From positions 32,001 to 96,000 of the forward strand of contig JBMNLH010000002.1 in NCBI GenBank assembly GCA_050952625.1: a DNA stretch of 64,000 bases, in the 5' to 3' direction. Below the pieces are notes generated by a model. It did no database searches. It had not been told where the DNA came from and saw only the letters and a program-made list of their open reading frames with translations. The stretch comes from Bacillota bacterium. Lineage in GTDB: Bacteria; Bacillota; Ch66; Ch109. Positions 1-8,223 of the stretch are shown piece by piece. The position numbers were made by a program, and so were the translations under genes. Each line of letters starts with the position of its first letter. Positions within the stretch are counted from its first letter, which is position 1.

Positions 1-245
1 TCATCCTGTACACCATAAAGGATAAAATGGCCGCAACTAGTAGAAGCCTCGGCACCTCGCAGAACTATTAGTCCGCTATCCTTGGCCACTTCTTCTACTG
101 GAGCACTACTTAAGAAACTGTTATGATCTGTTATGCAGATTGCATCCATCCCTCTTTTTTTGCCCCATTTAATCAGGTGCTCGGGTTTAACTGAACAGTC
201 AAAAGAGTACCGGGAATGCACATGGAGATCAATTTTAAAGGTCAT
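1..245 (-). CDS. PHP-domain metal-dependent phosphoesterase (N-terminal part, runs off window)
   Basis: Manual translation MTFKIDLHVHSRYSFDCS...ICITDHN shows the PHP DLHxHS and TDHN motifs; RBS GAGGG upstream. Confidence 0.85.
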   Translation of the reverse strand, partial: MTFKIDLHVHSRYSFDCSVKPEHLIKWGKKRGMDAICITDHNSFLSSAPVEEVAKDSGLIVLRGAEASTSCGHFILYGVQD

Positions 246-661
246 TGTCTACCCTCTAATTAATAATCCCAATTAAAAATCCATTTATCAAAATAGTTCG
301 TAAATTCGCGAAATATATCCCTACTCAAATATACGTATAGGTTGATTAAATCACTAGAAATACCAACTACTCCCCCTTAATTACATCATTAAGAATGATT
401 CAAATGCATTCTGTTATTTTTCAGCATTCTTTCTCCAGTTCACTTTCAATATTGAATCGCTGCCAAAGCTTGTAACTCGTTATTTTTCTTAATTATATCA
501 GAAAATTCAGGCTTGAAAATTATTTATTCGAAAAACTCTTAATCTTCAACCCGTGTTTGCCTCGGTCTGCTACTAACCGTAGGAATTAGAAGGCAGCCAT
601 TTAGTGTAATTTAATGTGATCTATATTACTGTTAAAATTATTGCCAGTTTAATCCATGCCA

Positions 662-691
662 GTAACCCTTTAGCAGATCTGCCCATATAAT
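662..691 (+). promoter_or_regulatory. sigma-K-like promoter 1
   Basis: GTAACC-N16-CATATAAT; same motif and spacing recur at 1343 and 1879; fits the SigK consensus AC-N16/17-CATANNNT. Confidence 0.7.
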
Positions 692-854
692 ATTAAAAAG
701 TTTCTATCAAAGGGAGGATTTTGCAAAAGTGGAGATACTAAATAATCGTTTCTAATACCGTTGAAGTCATAAACTGGTCAAGAATAACGGAAGTACCAAT
801 TTAAATGTTAAGAAACCTTTTTATATCATTTTAATTTAGGCAAGGGGTGAGAAC

Positions 855-1310
855 ATGAAAAGAAAAGTTGAGGAATTGCTAACCGAGCTATTACCGGGCA
901 AAAATCGGATACCTGACGTGGTCATAATCATAAATAAAATATGCGATAAACATGACGACAAATGTGATCATGAACACGACGACCATAAGCACGATAAAAA
1001 GCACGATAAAAAACACGATAAAAAACATGATAAAAAACATGATCATAAACATGACGACGATAAACATAAAGACAAGAAAAAACATAGTAAGAAAGATAAA
1101 GATAAGGACAAAAAACGGTTCCAAAAAACATGTGATTTTGAAATAAAGATAATCAAAAAAGATCTCGATGACGTTGACTGTGAGGAAAAGGATAAACCCT
1201 CTGCCCTAGAACTGGTTGTTGCTCCTTCTATTACTTTAATACCCACTTTGACTGATTCCCTGGGTAAATCAATCGGGAGAAGAAAAAACCGGGGACACAA
1301 ACATTCCTAA
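855..1310 (+). CDS. His/Asp/Lys-rich low-complexity protein, putative spore coat/exosporium protein
   Basis: RBS AAGGGGTGA; HDKK repeats encoded by ~12-bp tandem repeats; downstream of SigK-like promoter. Confidence 0.6.
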   Translation: MKRKVEELLTELLPGKNRIPDVVIIINKICDKHDDKCDHEHDDHKHDKKHDKKHDKKHDKKHDHKHDDDKHKDKKKHSKKDKDKDKKRFQKTCDFEIKIIKKDLDDVDCEEKDKPSALELVVAPSITLIPTLTDSLGKSIGRRKNRGHKHS

Positions 1311-1342
1311 TTCAAGAAAGTTTAAAAATTTTTTCCTTAGCA

Positions 1343-1372
1343 GTAACCCCCTGATAACCAAAACCATATAAT
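1343..1372 (+). promoter_or_regulatory. sigma-K-like promoter 2
   Basis: GTAACC-N16-CATATAAT about 40 bp upstream of the ATG at 1414. Confidence 0.7.
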
Positions 1373-1413
1373 GGAATGACTAAACACAATTTCTAATCAA
1401 AGGAGGATTAATA

Positions 1414-1647
1414 ATGGACTATCCGAAGATGCCTGAGTTAGTAACCCCAGAACTCGTCAACACGCTGGTGCAAAATGCTGGAGCTTTGAAAGATTTATTA
1501 AGTTCAGGAGATGAGGTAACCGCTATGGATAAGAAACACGATGGTGCTGCCACATGCTGCTGTCCTTTATTCCTAAAATTCAAATTCGTCTTATGTAATG
1601 TATGGATCTTTAACGAAAATGCAGAATGCCCCGATTTCCACGATTAA
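1414..1647 (+). CDS. Small Cys-rich protein (CCCPxFLKFKFVLCN motif), putative spore protein
   Basis: RBS AAAGGAGG; N- and C-termini align by eye with the paralog at 1952-2388. Confidence 0.75.
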   Translation: MDYPKMPELVTPELVNTLVQNAGALKDLLSSGDEVTAMDKKHDGAATCCCPLFLKFKFVLCNVWIFNENAECPDFHD

Positions 1648-1718
1648 AAATTCTTTGATAACAAAACTACTGCAAAACTATCAGTAGAAAACCCCTAAGT
1701 AATAATTTTCCTGTAATG

Positions 1719-1769
1719 ACCGGCATTGTAAAAAGCTTTTCTCATAAGGCTTCCGCCGGTTTTTTTTTT
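1719..1769 (+). terminator. Possible intrinsic terminator
   Basis: ACCGGC...GCCGGT stem followed by a long T run. Confidence 0.4.
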
Positions 1770-1878
1770 GAAATTACTGTTTAAGCAGGATCATCATGCT
1801 GTGGTATTGGTTTTAATAATAACAAAAAAATAACTTGCTATGGAATATCAGTTATTTTCAACATATTATGATAAATCT

Positions 1879-1908
1879 GTAACCTTTATGGAACATCCAC
1901 CATATTAT
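1879..1908 (+). promoter_or_regulatory. sigma-K-like promoter 3
   Basis: GTAACC-N16-CATATTAT upstream of the ATG at 1952. Confidence 0.7.
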
Positions 1909-1951
1909 GGAACTACAAACAAATAAATAATTTGAAGGGAGGATTTCTCAG

Positions 1952-2388
1952 ATGACAAAAGAGGATATTAAGGAAATGATTACCCCGGATATTATTGAGG
2001 CACTAGCCGCTAATGTGGAGGCTCTTAAAGATCTTTTTGAGGAACGTAAAAAGAAAGACGATGATGACCGCTGGAAGAAAGATGATGACGACCGCAAGAA
2101 AAAAGACGATGACGACCGCAAGAAAAAAGACGATGACGACCGCAAGAAGAAAGATGATGACGACCGTAGAAAAAAGATGATGACGACCGTAAGAAAAAAG
2201 ATGATGACGACCGTAAGAAAAAAGACGATGACGACCGTAAAAAGAAAGACGACGACGACCGCAAGAAGAAAGACAAAAAGTGCTGCTGCCCCGAGTTTCT
2301 AAAATTCAAGTTTGTCCTGTGTAACGCTAAGATTTTCAACGACAATGTTGAATGCCCACCTCAGGGCAAAGGGTACAGACCATATTAG
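1952..2388 (+). pseudogene. Cys-rich paralog with (RKKKDDDD)n insert, frameshifted by a 1-bp deletion near 2168
   Basis: Restoring one A in repeat unit 6 gives ...KKKDKKCCCPEFLKFKFVLCNAKIFNDNVECPPQGKGYRPY* ending at TAG 2386-2388, homologous to 1414-1647. Confidence 0.8.
2045..2280 (+). repeat. 24-bp coding tandem repeat, about 9.5 units (CGY AAR AAR AAA GAY GAY GAC GAC)
   Basis: Directly visible; one unit is 23 bp. Confidence 0.95.
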
Positions 2389-2444
2389 AAAATCCTCAAC
2401 TAATTACCGCTGGCTTATCCCCGATAGTTATTTTTTAATCTGAT

Positions 2445-2555
2445 TCAAAAGACCCCCACTTCTATATAATAAGTGGGGGTTACCTTGTTTTAGCTTCAGG
2501 TGGAATAGGGTCTCCATCTGAGGCCTCAATGTTCCGCGAAGCTGAACGGGTTTAC
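2445..2555 (+). mobile_element. ~110-bp IS200/IS605-end-like non-autonomous element, copy 1
   Basis: TCAAAAGACCCCCACTTCTAT..AAGTGGGGG hairpin, GCTTCAGGTGGA..TCCATCTGAGGC hairpin, ends GAACGGGTTTAC; homologous to 44174-44290 and 53909-54015. Confidence 0.7.
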
Positions 2556-2666
2556 TTTGATCTAATGTACACTAACCTAAGTTCTGGCTAGCATTAAGGT
2601 CTTAAATAATATAAACTAATTAAGTATTAGTCAAGTATATTAGATCTTAGTCTTAAGGAGATTATC

Positions 2667-3518
2667 ATGGCAGTTAAACTAGTGACTGACAGCACTGCTT
2701 ATATCGACCAAAAAACACAAAAAGACCTAGATATTAAAATCGTCCACTTAAGCGTCCATTTTCCAGACGAATCCTTTGATGAAACCATGGTCCCTTATGA
2801 TTACTTTTATCAAAAAATCGAAAAAGACAAAGTTATTCCCACTTCTTCCCAACCCACTCTGAAAGAAATCTATGAGGTTTTTAAAAAAATTATTTTGCGC
2901 GGTGAAGAGGTACTAGGTATTTTTATATCAGCCAAGATGAGCGGTACCTATGCCTTGGCTTTAAGTGCTAAACAGATGCTCATGGAAGAATACCCAAAAG
3001 CCCGCATCGAAATATTGGACTCAAAAAATAACTGCATGGCTTTAGGGATTCAAGTTATTGAAGCGGCTATGGCGGCTAAGTCTGGTAAAAAAATGTTAGA
3101 AGTGATCGCCATCGCTCAAAACATTATGAAAAGGATCCGCTTTTATTTTGTACCAGCCTCGCTGGAATACTTAATCAAAGGGGGCAGAATCGGTGGTGCC
3201 TCCGCCCTAATTGGTTCCCTGCTTCAGATTAGACCTATTCTTTACGTCAATGATGGCATGACCGATGTCCTGGAACGAGTCAGAAGTACTCGGAGAGCAA
3301 TCGACCGCATGTTGAAAATGCTAAATGAAGATGCAAAAAAACACGGGTTAAAGCACCTGGTGGTTCATCACATAAATGACGATCAACAAGGACGTGCCCT
3401 GGCTGACAAACTCGGAAAACTGTATAACCGCGATGTACCAGTATTACCAATTGGACCAGTTATTGGCTTACACGTAGGTCCTGGCACGGTTGGGATAGTC
3501 TACTCAACGGATGATTAA
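2667..3518 (+). CDS. DegV family fatty-acid-binding protein
   Basis: VTDSTAY, PTSSQP, SAKMSGTY, LIKGGRIG and GLHVGPG motifs. Confidence 0.95.
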   Translation: MAVKLVTDSTAYIDQKTQKDLDIKIVHLSVHFPDESFDETMVPYDYFYQKIEKDKVIPTSSQPTLKEIYEVFKKIILRGEEVLGIFISAKMSGTYALALSAKQMLMEEYPKARIEILDSKNNCMALGIQVIEAAMAAKSGKKMLEVIAIAQNIMKRIRFYFVPASLEYLIKGGRIGGASALIGSLLQIRPILYVNDGMTDVLERVRSTRRAIDRMLKMLNEDAKKHGLKHLVVHHINDDQQGRALADKLGKLYNRDVPVLPIGPVIGLHVGPGTVGIVYSTDD

Positions 3519-3520
3519 CC

Positions 3521-4219
3521 TCACCCGCCTAGATTCAACCGGGTAAAAAGAAGGGTTAACGGGATCGCGACAAAAATCCCGGGCAACAGATTGCCCACTT
3601 TGATTTCCTTGATTTCAAGAATATTCAAGCCGATGCCAACGATTAATAGGCCTCCGGTGGCACTCATTTCAGTTATGATTGGCTGGGAAATTATCTCCTG
3701 TAATAAACTGGCCGCCAAAGTAATTGCCCCTTGGTATAAAAAGACCGAAATTGCCGAAGCTAATACCCCGATTCCCATGGATGAAGCAAACACAATGGCT
3801 AAGATGCCGTCTAACAACGACTTGGCCATCAGGATGCTATGATTTCCCTTAAGACCGCTCTCGATGGATCCCATAATCGCCATCGCTCCAACACAAAAGA
3901 ATAGACTCGCACTGACAAAGGCCTTGGTAAAGTGCCCATCTTCACCGAGTGAGGCCTTATTTTCCATCCAGTTACCGAAATTTTTTAATTTTAGTTCAAT
4001 ATCTATTAGTTCTCCAATAACCCCCCCAATAACCAGCGAAGCAATCACCACAAAGGCATTATTCGTCTGTAGAGCCATACTGCCTCCGACTAAAAGCACG
4101 GCTAAGCCTAACCCTTGAATTAAAGTCGATTTCATCTTTTCCGGTAAAGCCTGTCCAAATAGCAGGCCTAAAGATCCACCTAGGATAATCGCCGCGGTGT
4201 TTATGATTGTTCCAAACAT
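3521..4219 (-). CDS. DUF554 family membrane protein
   Basis: MFGTIINTAAIILGG start, FCVGAMAIMGS and AKSLLDG motifs; ATG at 4219 with RBS AAGGGG. Confidence 0.9.
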   Translation of the reverse strand: MFGTIINTAAIILGGSLGLLFGQALPEKMKSTLIQGLGLAVLLVGGSMALQTNNAFVVIASLVIGGVIGELIDIELKLKNFGNWMENKASLGEDGHFTKAFVSASLFFCVGAMAIMGSIESGLKGNHSILMAKSLLDGILAIVFASSMGIGVLASAISVFLYQGAITLAASLLQEIISQPIITEMSATGGLLIVGIGLNILEIKEIKVGNLLPGIFVAIPLTLLFTRLNLGG

Positions 4220-4546
4220 ATTGTTCCCCTTTACCAAATAAAAAAGCACATCCAAAAGGGTGCGCAGATCATTTAAGAGTCTTTCAACCTTTTCCTACTG
4301 CCCTACCATCATATAATGCATATAATGTTTCATAGTTTCATAAATAAGATTATCAACGTCAACTGTCAAAATATACTAAGATTATATACCAACCAACTAA
4401 ATTGTGTCATCAATGTATAAAAATATGTGCAAAGTCTTTGATATAGTACAAAATTGCGACAAGTAATAGAGTTGTCCAATTCGTCCGCAGAAATTGTATG
4501 AATGCCATTAAAATAAAAAACTGGTTGCATAATCTTTATTTTATCT

Positions 4547-4572
4547 TATAATGTATATATAGAGTATACACA
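4547..4572 (+). promoter_or_regulatory. -10 box and YtrA/GntR-type operator palindrome
   Basis: TATAAT followed by the TGTATATA-TAGAG-TATACACA inverted repeat just upstream of the GntR gene. Confidence 0.6.
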
Positions 4573-4602
4573 GTATATTAGGTAAGATGAAGGAGCAACG
4601 CC

Positions 4603-4986
4603 GTGTTCATTACTACATCGGAGAATAATCCGATTCCGTTGTACCAACAGATAGTCGACCAGATAAGGAGCCAGATTATGATCGGTGAACTGAGAGCTGG
4701 AGATTCCCTGCCTTCAATCCGTCAACTAGCGAAAGATCTTACTACCAGCGTCATTACCACCAAACGGGCCTACCAGGAACTGGAGAGGGAGGGGTACATC
4801 TACACCCGGCCGGGTAAGGGCTCGTTTGTGGCCTCGATTTCACCGGAAAAGATAGAGGAACTCAAACGCCAGGTAGTCAGTGAACATTTGCGTCAGGCGG
4901 TGAAAGCAGCACACGTACTGGGTATAGAAAAAAACGTCCTAGGAGAGTTGCTTAACAAAATATTAAAGGAGATGCGGTATGAATAG
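4603..4986 (+). CDS. GntR family (YtrA-like) transcriptional regulator
   Basis: PLYQQIVDQI, LPSIRQLA, TTKRAYQELEREG and RPGKGSFV motifs. Confidence 0.95.
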   Translation: MFITTSENNPIPLYQQIVDQIRSQIMIGELRAGDSLPSIRQLAKDLTTSVITTKRAYQELEREGYIYTRPGKGSFVASISPEKIEELKRQVVSEHLRQAVKAAHVLGIEKNVLGELLNKILKEMRYE

Positions 4987-5860
4987 GCCGATACTAAAGC
5001 TGGATAAGGTGAGTAAAACCTATCCCGATTTTGCCCTGCGGGAAGTAAGCTTTGCGTTACCGGCAGGCTATATCATGGGGCTTATTGGCCCTAACGGAGC
5101 GGGAAAAAGTACGACTATTAAACTAATAATGAACTTTTTCCCGTTAGAGTCAGGAAAAATCGAGGTGTTTGGCTTAGATCATTGTGAGGAAGAAATTAAG
5201 ATTAAGCAGCAAGTTGGCTATGTTGGCGAATTTCAACAGTTTTACGGTGAAATGACCGTGAGTTGGCTAATCCGCTTCGTTAGCGGCTTTTATCCAAACT
5301 GGGATCAGCAGTACTGCCAGGAACTGGTCAATCGTTTTGGACTTAGACTCAATAAAACGGTTAATCAGTTGTCTAAAGGGATGAGAGTTAAGCTAGCCTT
5401 AACTCTAGCTCTGGCTCACCGGCCCAGATTGCTGCTGCTGGATGAACCGACCTCGGGACTAGACCCGGTAGTTCGAAAAGAATTCCTGCAGGAACTACTA
5501 GAGGTAGTCCAGGATGAGGAACGATCCATCCTGATTTCATCCCATATTACCGATGATCTGGAAAAGATAGCTGACTACATTACCTTGATTAATCAAGGTT
5601 CAATTGCTTTATGCCAACCCAAAGACCTGCTGCTGGATTCGTGGAAAAAAGTGGTTGTCAAGGATCGTCATTTGATTGAACGGTTAAATCCCTGGCTGGT
5701 TTACTGGGAGCCGGGAAGCAACGATCGGGTAGGCTATACGGATAATTTTCTGGAACTGCAACGTTCTTTTGCCCTTCAACTAGCAGAGGGGCAGATTGTC
5801 GCGGAATCCATTGACTTGGCGGATATTATGTCAGCCATAGTTAAGCGGGAGGGGAAATAA
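4979..5860 (+). CDS. ABC transporter ATP-binding protein
   Basis: Walker A GPNGAGKST, LSKGM signature, LLLDEPTSGLD. Confidence 0.95.
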   Translation: MNRPILKLDKVSKTYPDFALREVSFALPAGYIMGLIGPNGAGKSTTIKLIMNFFPLESGKIEVFGLDHCEEEIKIKQQVGYVGEFQQFYGEMTVSWLIRFVSGFYPNWDQQYCQELVNRFGLRLNKTVNQLSKGMRVKLALTLALAHRPRLLLLDEPTSGLDPVVRKEFLQELLEVVQDEERSILISSHITDDLEKIADYITLINQGSIALCQPKDLLLDSWKKVVVKDRHLIERLNPWLVYWEPGSNDRVGYTDNFLELQRSFALQLAEGQIVAESIDLADIMSAIVKREGK

Positions 5861-6508
5861 ATGTTTAAACTAATCTACAAGGACCTTTACCAATTGCGCA
5901 AGCCATATCTTCTCTATTCTGGAATGCTGTTGGGTTTGTCAATGCTGGCAGATAGTTTCGCCAGCGGTGCTTTCCTGGCATTATATTTAGTAGTCGCTGT
6001 TTATGGGTTAACTTTGCGTAGTGCCTATTACGAGGATAAAGACAATGCGCTAACCTTCCTGAGAACTCTACCCATCCAAGCGAAAACCATCGTCATCGCC
6101 AAATACGTGACCGTAGCCCTGTTGCTTTTATTAGTCGGGTTGTTTGCCCTGGCGGTTGCGGCGGTATTTCACTTAATGGGAACCCCCCTGGAATCTGGTC
6201 TGTTAAGCTTTTGCCTGTTGGCAACAGCCGGCATCATGGTTTTAGTTAGCGTCTTTCTGGCCGTGTTTTTCCGTTGGGGCTATAATCAAGCGGTCAACAC
6301 AATCCGCTTACTATTCTTAAGTCTTTTCTTTATACCGATTATCATCAGCCGTTTCAGTCAGGTCCTCTGGCCACAGAATTCGAATCTGGTGGAGACACTG
6401 GGCTGGGTAATAACTCAACCTTTATTTCCTTACCTAATGGCATCACTCGTCCTGGGAATATACTTGATTTCGATGCTGTCTTCAATTAGGGGATTTAAGG
6501 TAGGGTAG
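5861..6508 (+). CDS. ABC-2 type transporter permease
   Basis: About 6 hydrophobic segments, LRTLPI..IVIAKY motif, coupled to the ATPase gene. Confidence 0.85.
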   Translation: MFKLIYKDLYQLRKPYLLYSGMLLGLSMLADSFASGAFLALYLVVAVYGLTLRSAYYEDKDNALTFLRTLPIQAKTIVIAKYVTVALLLLLVGLFALAVAAVFHLMGTPLESGLLSFCLLATAGIMVLVSVFLAVFFRWGYNQAVNTIRLLFLSLFFIPIIISRFSQVLWPQNSNLVETLGWVITQPLFPYLMASLVLGIYLISMLSSIRGFKVG

Positions 6509-6610
6509 AACAATTTGACAATCTTTATAACAGGATATAACTAATAACACAAAAGAATTTAAATTTACTATAATCTCTGGTTTATCTCTTCAGAATTGGG
6601 TTGAGTGAGT

Positions 6611-7336
6611 TCATTTCTTACAGACATATTGGGCTAAAAAACCGTGTGTGTACTCTACGTGTTCTATGATGAAACCAGCTCGTGTTAATAGCCCTTCCAT
6701 AATCCAGTTGCAAGTTGAGTATTCCTCTCGAATAGCGGTTTCAATATCTCGGGCTAGTTCATCTCCATGTAATACCTTAGTTTCAGAAAGCCATTGGTCG
6801 AAAAACTCCTGGTAATGGTCGACCGCAAAGGAATAAACGGTGTCCCTTAAATAAAACCTTCCCCCTTCAGTCAACAGATTATAAATCCTTTTCAAGGCGA
6901 TCTGCTTCCAAAAATCCGGAAGATGATGCAACGCCAATTGACTAACAACGAAATCAACCGGCACCCCGGTATGCTGGTAAGTCAGAAAGCCTCCTTGGTA
7001 AAAGTCAACATTGCCGATATTGCCACGATCTTTCTTCTTTTTTTCAGCATACTCAAGCATCTTAACCGAAACGTCCAGGGCAATTACCCGCCGGCAATGC
7101 CTGGCAACCTGTAGGGCAAACTCGCCGGTCCCGGTACCAAACTCGATAAGGACGTGCTCCGGTTTAATGCCCAGCAGTTTAATTATGCTGGCTGTTTCCT
7201 GCTTGATATCACGCAGTTTCGCCATCTGTTTGTCATAAACTTCGATTTCTTTTACATTTGTGTAGTCCACGCCGACTTGTTTCATTTCATCATATAGCCA
7301 GGGAAAGGTTCTATTATTATAATTCTCCATATTCAT
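6611..7336 (-). CDS. Class I SAM-dependent methyltransferase
   Basis: IEFGTGTG, DVSVKML and SQLALHHLPD motifs. Confidence 0.9.
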   Translation of the reverse strand: MNMENYNNRTFPWLYDEMKQVGVDYTNVKEIEVYDKQMAKLRDIKQETASIIKLLGIKPEHVLIEFGTGTGEFALQVARHCRRVIALDVSVKMLEYAEKKKKDRGNIGNVDFYQGGFLTYQHTGVPVDFVVSQLALHHLPDFWKQIALKRIYNLLTEGGRFYLRDTVYSFAVDHYQEFFDQWLSETKVLHGDELARDIETAIREEYSTCNWIMEGLLTRAGFIIEHVEYTHGFLAQYVCKK

Positions 7337-7463
7337 TTAAATTCTCCATCTCAGCCGCAAGGGTGGCGAGACAAATAGTAATAAAAATAAGGCTGCAAAT
7401 CCGAAAAGCTATAATCCTCCAGCGAAGTACCTGGATTAGATTTTGCCCGATTCTTCAATTTTT

Positions 7464-8145
7464 TCACCCACCGGATTCAACATCAACCATCTTCTCCATA
7501 TCCGCATAAAACCTTTGCTGTACTTCCTCGTCAGAAGGAATATCCGCTAAGCTATAGGGAAAGAATTCGACAAATCTCGCCCCTTTGTCGCTGTAGAATT
7601 CTATTGTGGCAGGGTCTAACTTCCCCTCTTTGATTTTTCCAACTGCTTTCATTCGCATATAGTAAGGAATAATCTCAATAATGTAACGGTTTATTTCATC
7701 CCGCCACTTGTTAATTTCCTGATCGACTAGCTCAAGAGCTGAGGGCGAGAGCGTATCTTGTTTTTGTTTTTTAAACTCAAGCAGCCCTTTTAAGACAGGA
7801 GAATCCTCGGCCTTCTCATAGTTTAGCGAAGTAAGCCCGTTAATATCAAAAATTGCTTCTACCGTGCTACTATCCAGCATTTGATGACTGATTACTTTAA
7901 CGTCTAATTCGTGAAGTTTTAAGTGCCTGACCTCCGCATCTTCCTTCATCAAATCGGTTATTTGGAGCTTGGAGCTGATCAACTACTTCTTGGGATGCTG
8001 GTACTCTATTGATAGATTGGATAATTTCTGAAAATAAGGAGCCATATACAGTATTGTATAATAATGCTCCCACTATAAAAACCAAGATAACGATTAGAAA
8101 ATATATTCTTATTTTTTTCTCAAGGGTTATCGAGGTTTTTTTCAT
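7464..8145 (-). pseudogene. Membrane-anchored hypothetical protein split by a 7-bp tandem duplication
   Basis: TTGGAGC duplicated at 7962-7975; removing one copy joins ORFs 7897-8181 and 7464-7982 (..VDQLQ-ITDLMKE..); ATG 8145 with RBS AGGAG. Confidence 0.75.
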
Positions 8146-8223
8146 TAAAACTACTCCTGTAACAATCCGTGAAAATAACAAATACGACTATCAAAATTGT
8201 CAACGCCTGAATGAGGAGCGGAC

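Noticed and set aside
891-2345. Hydrophobic or Ser/Phe-rich antisense and alternate-frame ORFs (891-1124, 928-1131, 952-1146, 1948-2145, 2025-2345)
   Set aside because: Shadows of stop-free low-complexity coding repeats; no RBS or promoter support
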